Shown here: one piece after another, positions 51,581 to 64,000 of the stretch
Layout of the letters: each line of letters starts with the position of its first letter
Position numbering within the stretch: the first letter of the stretch is position 1
Source of the DNA: Puccinia triticina
Lineage: Eukaryota
NCBI GenBank assembly: GCA_026914245.1
Contig: CP110440.1
Location: 930,001-994,000, forward strand
Direction: 5' to 3'
Length of the DNA stretch: 64,000 nt
Notes under the pieces: generated by a model
The model's input: the letters and a program-made list of their open reading frames with translations, nothing else
The model's database searches: none
What the model was told of the DNA's origin: nothing
Position numbers and translations under genes: made by a program

Positions 51581-52460
51581 CACCACCGCTTGAATTCGAG
51601 CTTGGGTTGACGTGGGCCCAACGGCGTGGTTGGCGAAAGGTTGGCCCAGGTGGGTGCCAACCTGCCCGCCCAGACTTTGACCGCGGGATCAGATTGTGTC
51701 AAAGATTGGTTGGGCCCCCCTTGACCCGACCCATCCAGCACCGCGGGCGGTCGGATGGGTCGGCCGTGTCTAACCCAGCCAACCCATGCCAGCTCTGATC
51801 AGCGTGCCCACGGGGGAAGCTGGTTGGGCATGACAAGAGCCCAACCAGCTTTACACAGCGGGTGGGCCAACGCAATCATGGCTGGCGCTGAGCAGCACGC
51901 CAACGTTGTACTCTGGTTGATCCCGCGTTAGGCCAACCAAGAAATGATTTTTTTTTTTAAAAAAAAAAAAAAAAATTGTGAGCCTCTTTCCATGTTTGGA
52001 AAAAGGCTACATAAGTGAGAAATTACAAAAAAAAAAAAAAAGAGTCTTGTCCAAATCCACAGACTTTGTCTGGCAAAATTTGAAGAAATGGGGTCCATAT
52101 GATACAATAAACCGCCTGGTAGTATAGAAATGTGTAATGCCTTAGTCGGCAAGGCTGGTGCTTTTCCTAAGCAAGTGGATTTTGTCGGTCCTCGAAATGC
52201 AGATTGCTGGGTTCGATCCCGGTAGCAAGCCATATTTTTGCTACCCCCTCACCGGACCCCGACCGCGGCGCCCACGGCGGGCCAACTTAAGGAATTCGCC
52301 GACCGCGGGCCCCGCACGTGGGAATCACGTGGGAGGTCGTGCCGACCGCGGGTGGCAATCACTCCCGCTCCGGGTGACACCAAAACTTCAGGGTGGGGTC
52401 GCAGGGGTTGTCTCCACATTGCGTCCGACGTCAAACCACGGTTGGGGGCGCTCCGTGGTG
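51581..52460. mobile_element. CACCAC-terminated non-autonomous element with TA TSD
   Basis: TA|CACCAC ... GTGGTG|TA, GC-rich subterminal repeats at both ends, AT-rich core. Confidence 0.7.
52130..52232 (+). ncRNA. Degenerate tRNA-like cassette inside the 51581 element
   Basis: GCCTTAGTCGGCAAGGC D-arm-like, GCTGGGTTCGATCCCGGT T-arm/B-box, followed by TTTTT. Confidence 0.5.
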
Positions 52461-53094
52461 TACAAGTGGCTGGCAAGCTTGGTAGCCCTTACATGTCACT
52501 GCTGCACATGTGCACCACAACTCAAGAACTCTAAGGAGCAGAGTTATAGAAAAGTGGTAAGTTGTAACTAGGGTTAAAATTGCATGAGGAAGCAGAACCT
52601 GAAGTCAAAACAAGGTTAAAGCTTAAGATAAAAAAGATATAAGGTAATTTAGATGTAAGAAAGTAGAAAAAGGCAGACTTTAGGTCAGCTGTGCTGCTCT
52701 AAGGCTGGCAGTTTTGCCTTCCCTCCCACTGCCAGTAGGAAAGCCAAAAAGAAAAAAGAATCAATGGCCTTTTTGTTACACATCCCTGCAATCTAAAAAT
52801 ATCAGAATAGCAACTCATATGATAATGTTATCTACTCTGAGCCTTTTTGGAAATGGGGTTTAATTGGATTATGAGATGTCAAGGGTTGTGTTTTTTCCCC
52901 TTTCTACCTACCAACAAAATAAAAATAGTAAATACCTTTTTGGTTGGAGCATGAAGCCTAAAAATTTCAGGGTATTAGGTCTGACAAGATTTTTTCTGCG
53001 ACCTGAAATTGTTAGCAATGGAGTTTGATTGGCTTACAAGATATCAAGGTTTGTGTGTTTTTGCTCTCCTTCAATTGGATACACCGTTGCCTGT

Positions 53095-53311
53095 GCTGTT
53101 GTCGACGAATGGACCCTCCGCCGCACCCGGCGAGAAACTCGCGTCGACCTTAGACTCGGAGGACCATTATCAAACATTTATCACTGAAGAAGATTCCATG
53201 CGAATAGCTGCTGCCGGTCACAATTGGGTCCGACTTCTTGTAGGCTGGTGGATGATCAAAACTTGGGACGGGGAACTCTTTCTGGAAGTTGTTTCTTCAA
53301 GTATTTCGTAG
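53095..53311 (+). pseudogene. Glycoside hydrolase family 5 (exo-1,3-beta-glucanase-like) fragment
   Basis: VDEWTL..., DHYQTFITEEDSMRIAAAGHNWVRLLVGWW..KTWDGELFLE; frameshifted, isolated. Confidence 0.75.
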
Positions 53312-53558
53312 TAAGTCGCCCTCTTGAGTCGTGCAGAGTATGACAGTCGACGAACCATGCTCTCGGTCGGCAACTCTCTTCATGGAGCCCGGTGCAGTAC
53401 ATAGAAAAAAAAAGAAAAACCAGCTCCAGTTTCAAGTAGAGTTTTTACACATCACTCGAAGTGATGTTGTGAAGCCATGTCCTTAATTGCTTGAAAACCC
53501 CACAGGATATCAAAGAGTCTTTTTGACATGCGAGAAAAAAAGTATAGAGAACCGCTTT

Positions 53559-54672
53559 TTAACCTAATTTGATATGTCCAGATTCGAGAAAGGGTTTGAT
53601 GGATCGATATTTGATGAAATGCACAGATCCTTTTTCCAACATGAGTGGTTCTGCGCTACATGGTTTTCAAGCAGAGGAAAACTAGTATCAGTATGGATAT
53701 GCATTGAGTTTTATGGTATTGGACAGGCAGGCTCACTGTGGTAGGTAGACTGGACCACAAGATGAGCGAACAATAATAAATACGCCTTGATCCAAGTCGG
53801 GTCTTATGACTAGCGTTCAAACCAAATCGAGCAAATTTAAGAATCATTCCCAAAATCAACCAACCCACAAAATAGAATGACTGGAGAGTGATTTATACGT
53901 ACTCATATGATCTTCATCCAGTTTTCGATATTTGATGGGAAGTTGATCAAGGACTGAGTCGTACAGCAGATTGTGTACTAGTGTCTGTTCCCTTGAGAAA
54001 CGGGACAATCCTTGTTTTAGTTGCGCGTGGTAACGTAAGGGGTTGATTGGTAAGAAGCGAAGATATGACAGACCTTGAGCAGTATTCTAAATCAACCTTA
54101 CTCAATCTTGACCTTGTTTCGGGATCCATCAAGCAATGATCGAAGAACTTATCCAGCTAAACAATTTTCATCATCACCGTCATCATCAACATTCGACACA
54201 AGCCTATTTTTGTCATGAGAGATGTCTTCTTCGGGTAAGTTCGGTTGGTGTTCTTGACTTACTTTATGCATTCTACATCTTGCGTAAGCTCTACAAATGT
54301 ATCTCATATGCTCTATCTCCGTCTCGATCAGCATCAATCTGAAGTGGTCGTCACTGGTCAAGTCTTCGGGATTATTTGAGAGGACATCTAAAGCAAGAGA
54401 CTGTGGAGATGAATGGCACAAAAAATCAGCCCACCCCGGTTATCTCGTCATGTGATGATCGGAACAGGACTTGATGGAACCCAAACCTGCTGTTGAATCA
54501 ATGATAACGCCTTTTCCAACAGATCCTCCTGAGGGGCCAAGACTTCCGGCGCAAATCGTTCGTTAATCCAATGTCTAATCAATTCTTCTGACAACGATTC
54601 TTTGGGTATGTCTTCCGGGGTTCTATACTCTCCTTGATGAGTGCTGGGCCCATGTTCTGATTCCGCGTTCAT
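53559..54672 (-). CDS. SLD5: GINS complex subunit Sld5 (GINS4)
   Basis: LIRHWINERFAPEVL, FRLMLIETEIEHMRYICRAYARCRMHK, RSRLS, PDLDQGVF, LEKGSVHFIKYRSIKPFLESGHIKLG*; GT..AG introns. Confidence 0.92.
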
Positions 54673-54821
54673 TGTTGGCTTTGACTCGGTTTCTCTCGTG
54701 CTCGCGTGGATAAATGCAGTTGTGTAGAAATAGAGCAACCCCACGGGGTCGCTGGTTCACCCTGCTACATAAGGAGGTTCACTTGAGGCAGTCATCAAAA
54801 CCATCACCTGCAGCTTCCACT

Positions 54822-54968
54822 GGAGGACTTCCCGTCAATCTGGGAACTCATATTTTTCCAGATTTTGCGGGGAAATCTGGGCTTGATTGTCCCAAATCCT
54901 AGATCTGCCTAGATTTCCCTGCAAAATCTGGGAAAATCTGGGTTTCCAGATTGGCGGGGAAGTCCTTC
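54822..54968. mobile_element. Small palindromic MITE (PIF/Harbinger-like, 3-bp TSD) about 150 bp upstream of SLD5
   Basis: GGAGGACTTCCCGTCAATCTGG ... CCAGATTGGCGGGGAAGTCCTTC; flanks ACT/ACG; empty site in the adjacent duplicate at ~55158. Confidence 0.75.
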
Positions 54969-55436
54969 ACGTATCCTGAGAAAGCTGCAAGGTTCTGCTG
55001 GGCAGCTCCCCTTTGGAAGCAATTCACCATGCATAAACCTTACTGAAGGCTGCATGAGCAGATAAAATCAGCAGTGGATTTTTGCCAACTTGAACCCAGA
55101 GGGTTCACTTGAGGCAGATTTTGAAATCAGTCATCAAAACTATCACTTGCAGCTTTTACTTATCCTGAGAAAGCTACAAGTTCCTGGTGGGCAGATCCCC
55201 ATTGGAAGAAATTTACCATGCATAAACTTTAATGAAAGGTGCATGAGCAGACAAAATCAGCAATGGAGGACACAGTTGGAAAAAACTACCTTCACTTGAA
55301 GAAATCTGTTATGGTGGTTTGCTGTGAGTTGCCACCCATAGCTTGTTGAATGTTGTGTTTGCTGATGGTTGATGGTAACTTCATTGCTCCTTTGCTTCAT
55401 TTTGCTTTGGACAACCATGAATCTTATTTGCCAACT

Positions 55437-55598
55437 GGAGGACTTCCCGTCATTTTTGAATAAATCTGGAATTTCAGATTTCGCAGGGAAATCTGGAATT
55501 TGGGACTCTGGATTGCTTTGGGGATCTTTGGGGACCTAGATTCCCCTGCAAAATCTGGCGGCTCAGATCTGACTTTCCAGATTGACAGGAAGTCCTCC
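55437..55598. mobile_element. Second copy of the same small MITE
   Basis: GGAGGACTTCCCGTCA ... TGACAGGAAGTCCTCC. Confidence 0.75.
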
Positions 55599-56448
55599 AA
55601 TGAGCAGAGCTGTCTCAATACATTTTTAAGTTTCCATTTGATGAAGGATGAGCCCAAAACCACTGGCCACACCATTTGAATTTGTAGCTGAGAATAGTAT
55701 TTGACTTGTCCCCCTGCTTACACACAGACTTGTGAAAGTATCCAAGAACATTTGTGTACAACGCCTCTTTCATTATCTTCTTCTCTCTTGGCTGAATTTC
55801 AATTAGACAGTTGGAATCCTGGTCATAATTGTATGTTTTTCCATCTGCCTTCCGCTTACAATACCCTCAGCCAAAAATCAAACTAATGTTAGTTTCAATT
55901 CATTTCCCTAGTATATTTGCACAGCTGTGGTTCTTTAACGGTGTAAACTCAAAAGTGGTTGTGAAACCCTTTTTCTGAATGGAGAAGGGGGTGAAGGAGT
56001 TGCAAGCTATGACCTTCTATACTACCAGATTCAAGACCCACAAAGGTAAGCTTGGCAAGTTTTAATAAGTGATAGCAGTGGTTAGCTCAAGATAATTTTG
56101 CTCATGACACAGTATTGAAAAGGTTTTTATTTAATATTTAAGGGTTTTTATATGTAAGTAAGGATTGAGTGTGTATTTTACTGATGGCAAGTGGCTCAAG
56201 TGGTAACTGATGAGTAATTAACTGACAGTGAGTAGTTGAATGAGTAGTCAAAATCAAATGGAATGTGATGGAGTGGAATGGAATGAGGAACAAAAAATGG
56301 GGGGGTAGAGAGCTCCTTATATAGACAAATGTGAGGGGTTTTGTCAGCCTTAGAGATACATTAAGTATCCAAAAGACTGCAATAACTCAGTAAATAATAA
56401 TAATTATTGAATTATTATTGCAGAATCAGATTCCTCATCATAAATTAA

Positions 56449-59400
56449 GGGGATGTTGATTTTTACATGCTGTGTTTTACATTGTATCCCCAATGTAAAG
56501 CGCACAGCATGTAAAATTCAATGATGGGTGCAATATTGTGAATTTTACATCCGGTTACAAAAATACCGCAGGATGTAAAGCAGCCCAATGTAAAAGCAGC
56601 TGTGTAAAAGTATACCGGGATTTGGCACAATGCAATTTTACAGTCTAATTATCACAATTTACATAGCATGCAAAAAGCGTGCCATGTAAAACTGAAGTTG
56701 CCGCGGAAAGTATTTAGAATTGCACACTGCCTCACCACCATGTAAAATCCACCCCATGCACAAATCAACCTTGAAATACCTAATCTGCAAATTTGCATGC
56801 TGTGTAAAAAAGCCCGAAAAATCAAGATAACACATATCGGCGGCAACATCTCCGCAAAAAAAAAACAAGGGCCATGAGTAGAGGCAAAAGACCCAACACA
56901 AGTTAAAACCAACTTTCTTGCACTACCATAGCCCGTGCATCAAGAAAAAAGTGACTGAAAAATCAAGAAAAAAGCGATTGAAAAAGAAACAGGGGAGTCG
57001 AGCAAAGCGGGCAAAAAAACAACAATCAGGAATAGAACTCCCTCAAGCCCCCCGGGCCTTCTTACCGCGCCCTCTCCCTGCCTTCTTTGGTATGAGGACC
57101 TCTGCCTCAGCCTGGTGGTTCTTCCAAAAAGAAACAACCTTGCTTGCAGCCGTTGAATGCCGTTCCTTATTAGCTGTTGAGGGCTGCTCCGTTTCCAGGT
57201 CCGGGTTGCCCGGGTTTGCAATAGCCTTCTTAGTTGGCCGGATGCGCTTGTTCCCAGTCGCAGGAGTCGGTGCTGGGGGGGCCACCGCCACCGAAGCGGC
57301 CGACTGAGCATAAGCCGGAGTTGCAGTCAAGACAGGTGCGCTGACAAAGCCGTTTTTCTTCCGGCAGGGCTTCTTCTTGGTTGCTGCTTGGGCAGGTGCG
57401 GGGATCAACAGATCCGAGAAAATGGCCGGCGCAGACGCTGCCGGTAGAGCAGATCTAGGAGTTGCTTTCAGGTCTGGCGGACCGCAATCGTCAGCCCAAC
57501 TCTTTTTCTTCTGGTGCGTGCGTTTCTTTGAGATAACTTCATTGGGGGCCGATGGCAGCAGACCGGAGGAAACGGCCGGTATAGCCAAGCAGGACCCGCA
57601 GTTGCTGTCAAGGCCGGGGGACCGCCATTGTCCGTCAATAGCTGTTTCTTCGGGCGACCTCTTTTTTTTGACCCCACGTGTGCCAAGGCTGATATGGACA
57701 TAAGCAACGGAGGAGCAACCAAGTTCACGTCCTCTCCTACGGCTTTCTTAGGCTGCTTAATCCGAATCTTCAATTTCGGCCGGTCTTCCTGCGGTGGAGC
57801 AGCTGGAGTAGGATGCTCGGGGATTTCTGAATGAGCTGGACAAAAGGAAAAATAAGTAATCAGTAATCTAGCCAACAAGTATTAACCCACCAAAGCACCA
57901 CTTACCTGTGTCAAGGTTGGGTAAGTTGGCGCCGGACAAGGAGACCGTCTGCACAGGTTGGAGAAGGGAACCCGCCGGCCGGTCTGTATAGTAAGTCAAT
58001 TATAAAACAGCCCGCATTTGTGAGAATGGAAGGTTTGCGCCTACTTGGGGGTTGTCTCGTGCAATATTAGCAATACTTTGATCAACAAAAAGATTCTCTT
58101 CGGGGGTCCATCGCCGGGAGTAGATCACCCAGCTAGTGTTGGGTTGCGCGCCACTGATACTACCCGGAACCCGATTCACCAACTGCGCAAGTCCGTCATT
58201 CTCGAGATCATTGTGCATCCACACGCCGGTGATGCCATTGACATGGCGTAATACCTTGCCCCAATAATGGGACCCACCCCAGAAGCCGCGAGATACCAGA
58301 GTATAAACTTCCCCGGCGACCGTAAGGTTGAAAGGCCAATCAATTTTGGCCATGAATTCGAGCTGCTGGTCGTCGTCGGTGATAGTGGCAATGTCGACAA
58401 AAGCGTATAAGTGAAGAGGAGGCTTGTTCTTCTCCCAAGTTATCACCGAGCTCTTGTTCATGTATCGAGCAGGCGGTGTGGCTTTTGGAGCGGCCTTCTT
58501 CTTCTTCTTTTGGTCATTGGCAATACACAGATGGCACTGCAGCCCCGTGACGCCTACCAGACCAATCAACGCCCACTGAGTAATCAGTTCGGTGATATTA
58601 GACAGGTTGATGTGATTCTTCTCAAACATGTCGCGGTTTATCGTCAATCCAGTCAAGGTCCTCTCTGCCCGGGGGTGCTGTGTCTGAGCCGCTTCGGGGT
58701 GGACAGGACATGTGAATACTCGAGTTTCATGGACCTGGAAGAGTGACGGAAGAACCTTTGACGAGTTCTTGCTGGGATCGAGGCACATACTCAAGAAGAG
58801 ATCGGCGGAGGCAAAAGCACCGGGCACAAAGCAATGTGGGTTGCTTTGGTTAGCTAAGTCAAACATCTGTCTCGATCCGTTAGTGAGTGTGAGCCGCATA
58901 GAACCTTTGGGTTGGAGCTTGACCGTTGTCCGAGATGAGAAATGGGTGACTAAATTGAAAAACATGTCGTTCATCTTGCCGCCTGGTTGTTGAAGCCAAA
59001 GAGGACTATAAACCGCAAAGAGAGACTCGAGGGTAGCGGCTAACCAGCACCTGTTCTTCAGATTCTTGTAATCTTTATGGACCTTTGGTGTCGCAACATA
59101 TGAGAGGAACGTTGAGTACATGTCTCAATTGATGTTGACTGAATTTGGAGGCCGTCCACCTTTGGATCGTTTTTCTGGCCGTTCGCAAACAAGTTCATCT
59201 GTAGTATCTGGTGCTCGCCCATCGTTGAAAAAAGCCCGCTGACGTTTTGTTGGTTTTTTCCAGCCAACAGACTCGCTGATGTTGACTTGCTTTTGGGGTC
59301 GGTTTCCGTACTCGATTGGCATGCCGCGCATGACGGAAAGGTAGTCCCTCTCCAATGCCTTCACAAAACCATATAGCTCGACCATCCCGTGGAACAAGTG

Positions 59401-61987
59401 TTTCTTCCCAGAGCTGCTGAAAGAAACATCAGTTAATAACAAGAAAAAATGAGGATGAGTTGAAAAAGAATGGAAGAAACTTGCCTGAACATGTAGTAAA
59501 CGCGGTGCATGCTCTCTTGAGCGTTGGTGGAGCTTGGCAGACCATCTTCTCCATTGGGAGAATCCTCGAGCATTACACGTCGGCTGGGGAATAAAGTTGC
59601 TTCGACATCCGACATCGTCCACCAATCCAGCCACTTCCTAACCTTTGGAAACCGCCAACGAATCTCATCAATCCTCTCTTCGTGAGTCTTTCCAGCCTTG
59701 GCGTTGGTCAGTAAGAGGTTGGTGCACATGGTCTCAAACGGCTTCTGAGAGAGAGGATGGAACGTTGAGCAGTGCATCCAAATGCCAGCAGGAAAGAAGT
59801 CAGAAATCTGCTTACAACTTCATCTGCCATGATCACGGATCTGTTTCGTTTGATGCGAGTGACTGAAGCCTCGAAGTGGTGACTGCAGCCCTTCAAATGC
59901 CCAATGGCGACTTGGTTGGTGGTGTTGAAGACTTCCATGAAAGCAGCAATGAATCCATTACGTTGGGCGCTTGAGAAGTCGACCACGCTTCGTACAAGTT
60001 GTTCACGCTCGTCCTTGAGAATTGAGGGGATCATAAACTGCTTGAACAGCACGGCGAAGTGAGTCTGATAGTATCTCTCGGATAGGCCTCGTATCCAGCT
60101 GAGTTGAACCGGGATCCAGCGGTTGATTTTGCTGCAGTACATTGATGTTGTGAGGAGATAACCGTTTTCAAAAAACCTGTAAGTCACGTCGGAAAGCAAG
60201 CCGCCGCTGTACAACTTGTTACCCTCTTCCGAACGAGCCAGAAGCCTCTCCGCCATCCACTTAGTCTGGAAAGTGGAGTGTTCGTTACCGCCACTGAAAG
60301 ATGAAGAAATAATCTCTAGTCCCTTACTGGTTGGCCAAGCGGAAGAAAAAAGGATAGATTGTCAGCACGTTGAAGATGAAAAAAGAAAAAATGTGACTCA
60401 ACCGGTCCCACTCAAACATCCCCAATATAAACATATCTCCCATACCTGCGCCGTTCTTCTCGGGGCTAAGGTTCAACTCGCGCAACACTTCCCGGCGGAG
60501 GTAGCGGAGACAATCCAAATTTCCAAACGATTCGTGGATATCTGCCACACTGCTGAATGGCTGGGTGGTATTTTCTGGATTGGGGACCCCTACCTATAAA
60601 AACCCACAAGAGCTCGGGTCAATGAATAGAAAGGTATATGTGAAACCAACTGAAGTACTTTACCTTCAATTCAAGTGCCCGTGCCCTGGGGTTCTTCTTG
60701 ATCTCCTCCACGAACTTGGCTTTTGCGAGGGGGTCTGCCTTCTTCGCGGTTGGCCATGGATGGTCGTGATACCCATGATGTCGCAAAAGGCCCCAGCCTG
60801 TATCCTTGTGAGTGTCGAACCGGGTCCATGTACCCTCGCATGCCTTCCAATAGACAGTTCCAGGGCATTCGCCAGCGCTTCCACCACAAGGTAAGTTCCT
60901 GACAACGAAAAAAGAATAAATCTATGATGAGTGGAGATAGCTTATTGGACAGGAGAGCGAAGGAAACACTTACAAATCAAGGAGCTCTTGAATTTTTCCG
61001 GGCCCGGTGGGGGGAGGCCCGGTGTAATCACACCCGTCGTTGTCACACAGAAGGACACCAAGGCATCTGTACCGCCAAACTTTCCATGCGCCATCTGCGC
61101 GGCTGTCGCAGTTGATTGTTTTGCTGAAGCCAACCGACCCAAAATTTGTGATGTTGTCGCCGGGTTTGAGGACGAATTTGGTGAGTCGATTGGGATAAAT
61201 GGGATAGCCCTGCTCGTCCAGTATGCAGTCGTGGTCAATGTATGTGACATGGTCTTGGTCCATTCCATGGGGTATGTCCCAGTTGGATGGCTTCTTCCGC
61301 TTCGTCAAAGGGACAATTAGCCGGGCCGGAGGGTGGGGTGCTTCAATTGGAAAGGTGGGGTCCATGGGAAGCATTGCGGGTGTGATTGCAAATAGAAACT
61401 GAAAAACTGTGGCTGGGGTACTATCAGATTGAATGAATGATATTATTAGCGGCTGGGTGATTCTGGAGATCAGAGACGGAGAAAATGGCAAATAGAAATG
61501 GAGAACAAACTCGGAATGATCCTGGCCATGATGGTGTGTGTACACCTGTTGGGTGAGAATGTTCGATGACCGTTGGGTGAGAATTTTCGATGACCATTGG
61601 GTGAGAATGGTGTACGCAGGCGGCGGTTTGGGGGAGGGGATGGCGGTGCGTGGGATGGATGGGCATGAAAAGTCTGCTTTGGGCAGAGGTACATATCATG
61701 TAAATTTTCCTAACTAGGTTGGAAAATTGCATGTATCGGGGCGAGCTGGGGGATTTACACCCCCTTGTAACATGGTTGTGAGCAGACAGGGTGTGAAACT
61801 ACCGGATGTGGATGCGCAGGGGTGATTTTGCAGTCTGCTATTTACATGCTTTGACTTTACGTCCTGTGGTTTTGAGGCAAGTGACTGTAAAATTACATGC
61901 GCGTGGGATTTTCAGTATTTTTACATGTGGTGGGCTTTACATGCTTGTGTCACTGTAAATGTGTACCATGTAAAATTCACCCACCCC
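56449..61987 (-). mobile_element. Mutator-like (GCM-type) DNA transposon, 5.5 kb
   Basis: TIR GGGGATGTTGATTTTTACATG / GGGGTGGGTGAATTTTACATG; exact 9-bp TSD ATAAATTAA at 56440-56448 and 61988-61996; TGTAAA/TTTACA subterminal repeats. Confidence 0.92.
57043..61374 (-). pseudogene. GCM zinc finger + MULE-like transposase + USP-like peptidase + basic low-complexity tail (premature stops at 59125 and 58000)
   Basis: RYRCLGVLLCDNDGC..CPG..GYHDHPWP (GCM-like); LLSDVTY, VVDFSSAQRNG, LKGCSHHF, WLDWW, STNAQESMH (MULE-like); NRCWLAATLESL and GSHYW..VWMHND (USP-like Cys/His boxes); KRGRPKK. Confidence 0.8.
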
Positions 61988-62241
61988 ATAAATTAAGGGG
62001 GGTCACCCACTCAAAGTACCCCCTTATTCCTATTCCTTCATGTACTAATTGTATAAATAAGAATTGGCCACAGAAAGCGCCCAAAAATAGTATTACATAC
62101 AAAAATTGAGTAGAACAATTAAAGTACATAAAAATAAACTGTTGTACAATAATGAGTAATATTACTTGTGTAAAAATACCTCGTGAAAGTATTATGTAGA
62201 CTTCTACAGAAGCTCTTTCACATGACAATTGGTTATAAATA

Positions 62242-62619
62242 TGTCATGTGACAGAGTCAGGGAAATTAGTCTATTTCAATACAATTAAAATACCCACAGC
62301 CAAGCCCTTTTCACGGCTACAGCCCTGGATACTCCCATAGGGAGAAAGGACTCAGTGTTTTACGCCCACTGAAGTCCCCTCTATAAATAGAGGCCTCTTT
62401 GGCCCTCAGGAAAAGATCCTCCAGACCATTCACCGCCCATAAACTGTAAGTTTGCCGTGAATATTCTCCTCTGCTACTATTGTAGCCCCTTTTCCTTTTA
62501 AACCATCCCCAGCACGTAAAATCCACTGGATTAAACCTTTAAATATCAAAAATCCCTTATTAGCATATTTACAAGCTTTATCCTTAAAAGTAGTTGCCGT
62601 AAGACCCCCGCCTCTGACA
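62242..62619 (+). mobile_element. Possible solo LTR
   Basis: TGTCA...TGACA ends and CTATAAATAG TATA-like box; no TSD. Confidence 0.4.
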
Positions 62620-62684
62620 AGCAGCCAATCAGCTTAAGCGCTTACCACCTACTTTTTACGCCAAATTTATTCCCTGTAATTAAT

Positions 62685-62965
62685 AATTATATCCCACTTT
62701 CTTAAATTCACAAAAACCTAGACCTCAAGATCTAAGTTTTGGGGTGTTTTTTTCTCACAAAATGGGACAAAAATGTCCCATTATTCTCACTACGCACATT
62801 GAAAATCCTCGAAGGCCTGGAGGCCCTATGGATGACCCCCCAGCTGTGCCAAAGCAACAAGCAAAAAGGGGCCGGTTGTTAGAGGTTTCCAGGGAGGGCC
62901 TAACCAATCAGTTAGGGGGCTCCCAGGGAGGGGGTAGGACGAAACCGGATCCCCTGGGGGGCATT
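62685..62965 (+). mobile_element. LTR-like fragment, uninterrupted paralog of 9787-12110
   Basis: Shared ATCCCACTTT..GATCTAAGTTTTGGGG..GGCCCTATGGATGACCC..GGGAGGGGGTAGGACGAAACC. Confidence 0.7.
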
Positions 62966-62969
62966 CCAG

Positions 62970-64000
62970 CTTGACATTGGTGCCTGCTTTATATACTTGC
63001 ACAAATGACCTCCTGCCATCATTGCACGTATCCAGCCTTTGCGTCCAGCCAGGACCAGGTCCAGCTGCCAGCTCAACTCAACAACACACGCGACAGATAC
63101 GACAAGCCTCGACGTCACTGTTGCAAAATGCCATGCAGGTGTATCTCTTGAATACACTTGGATCATTGACCATTGTTGGGGCCCACCAGCTTGAGTAACC
63201 CAGCCACAAGACAACAACAACTCCATCTGCCGCCCTGGCAGGTGCTTGTGCACAAGTCCTCGAAAAACAGTCCCTGTATGTGCTTGCATCATGCTCAGGA
63301 GTCAGGGTACAGAACATCAGAGAACTCGGTGAGACTCGGTGTCACCCTCCACATGCAACTCAACAACGACCAACCCCCTCTGCCATACGTTCCCGGAGTC
63401 TACCAAGCGGATAGCCATCAAGCTTGCGAAGGGCTTCCATGAATTGAGTTCATCTCGCTGTTCTATCCGCGCTCGTTGGCCGGAAGACTCAACAATCAAG
63501 GCCCCTTGCTCGGCGGGCCTGACTCCAAGGTTGATGAAGTCTATGAACCGGCCCCGAGAATTTTGGAAGTCAATCACATCAGACAGTTGGCTGCATACAT
63601 TGTCAAACTGGAAGCTGGTAAGGCCTTTCTCCCTTTCCCCGAGAAAATATTGTTTCAAGAAGATTCACAGTGTCCCTTTTTTTGGACTCTGGTTCCAGGG
63701 GAGGAGGGGAGGAGCAGGCGGCGCAAGCGGGAGCGCGCCAACGCGGCCCAAATCAAAGCTCCTGAACGGCCATCTGCTGACCTACCCCATCCGACTGGAG
63801 TCGACCGACAAAGAGCTCGTTGAACGCTTCACACGGAAGCAGGATCTCTTGAACGCTTGGAAACGCTCGGCACCCACTTTTTCTCCCTGCTCTGTTCTCA
63901 GCTCTCCTTTCTCCGACTGTACCTCAAGCAACATCTGCAGACGCCCTCAAAGCCATCTGCGTCCTCGACAAGCTCCACAAAAGCCACTCAATCGACCGCA
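62970..64000 (-). pseudogene. Degenerate coding sequence of unknown family, runs off the window
   Basis: Adjacent minus-strand ORF pieces 63317-63658 and 63078-63317 with protein-like composition, frameshifted. Confidence 0.35.

Larger units (their letters stand above)
55960..62227 (-). mobile_element. Solo LTR (related to 2696-3614) split by the 56449-61987 transposon
   Basis: Left part is the reverse complement of the 3' end of 2696-3614 (also CTCCTTATATAGAC at ~56312); candidate far end CATGACA at 62227; TSD not clean. Confidence 0.55.

Overview
Eukaryotic, intron-rich, transposon-dense DNA that looks like a rust fungus (Pucciniales, probably Puccinia; inferred from intron style and TE families). 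Only two intact-looking housekeeping genes are visible: BLM10/PA200 (30596-38552, +, ends in the YYA HbYX motif) and GINS subunit SLD5 (53559-54672, -). There is also a long ORF encoding a P-loop NTPase plus a restriction-endonuclease-like domain (Crinkler/RHS-type architecture, 15338-18165). The rest is a heavily nested TE landscape that can often be resolved to exact termini and target-site duplications (TSDs). It includes a KDZ (CxC1) transposase relic, a hAT element, a Copia relic, solo LTRs, two Helitron 3' ends, CAC-terminated elements, 7-bp-TSD MITEs, 9-bp-TSD elements and host-gene fragments (CMR1/WDR76, SNF2, GH5). Two things stand out. (1) A 5.5-kb TIR element with a 9-bp TSD whose protein joins a GCM-type zinc finger, a MULE-like transposase and a USP-like papain-fold peptidase. 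(2) A young 637-bp TRIM whose LTRs each contain a tRNA-like cassette, with further tRNA-like A/B-box cassettes inside two unrelated DNA MITEs. All calls were made by eye; no searches were run.
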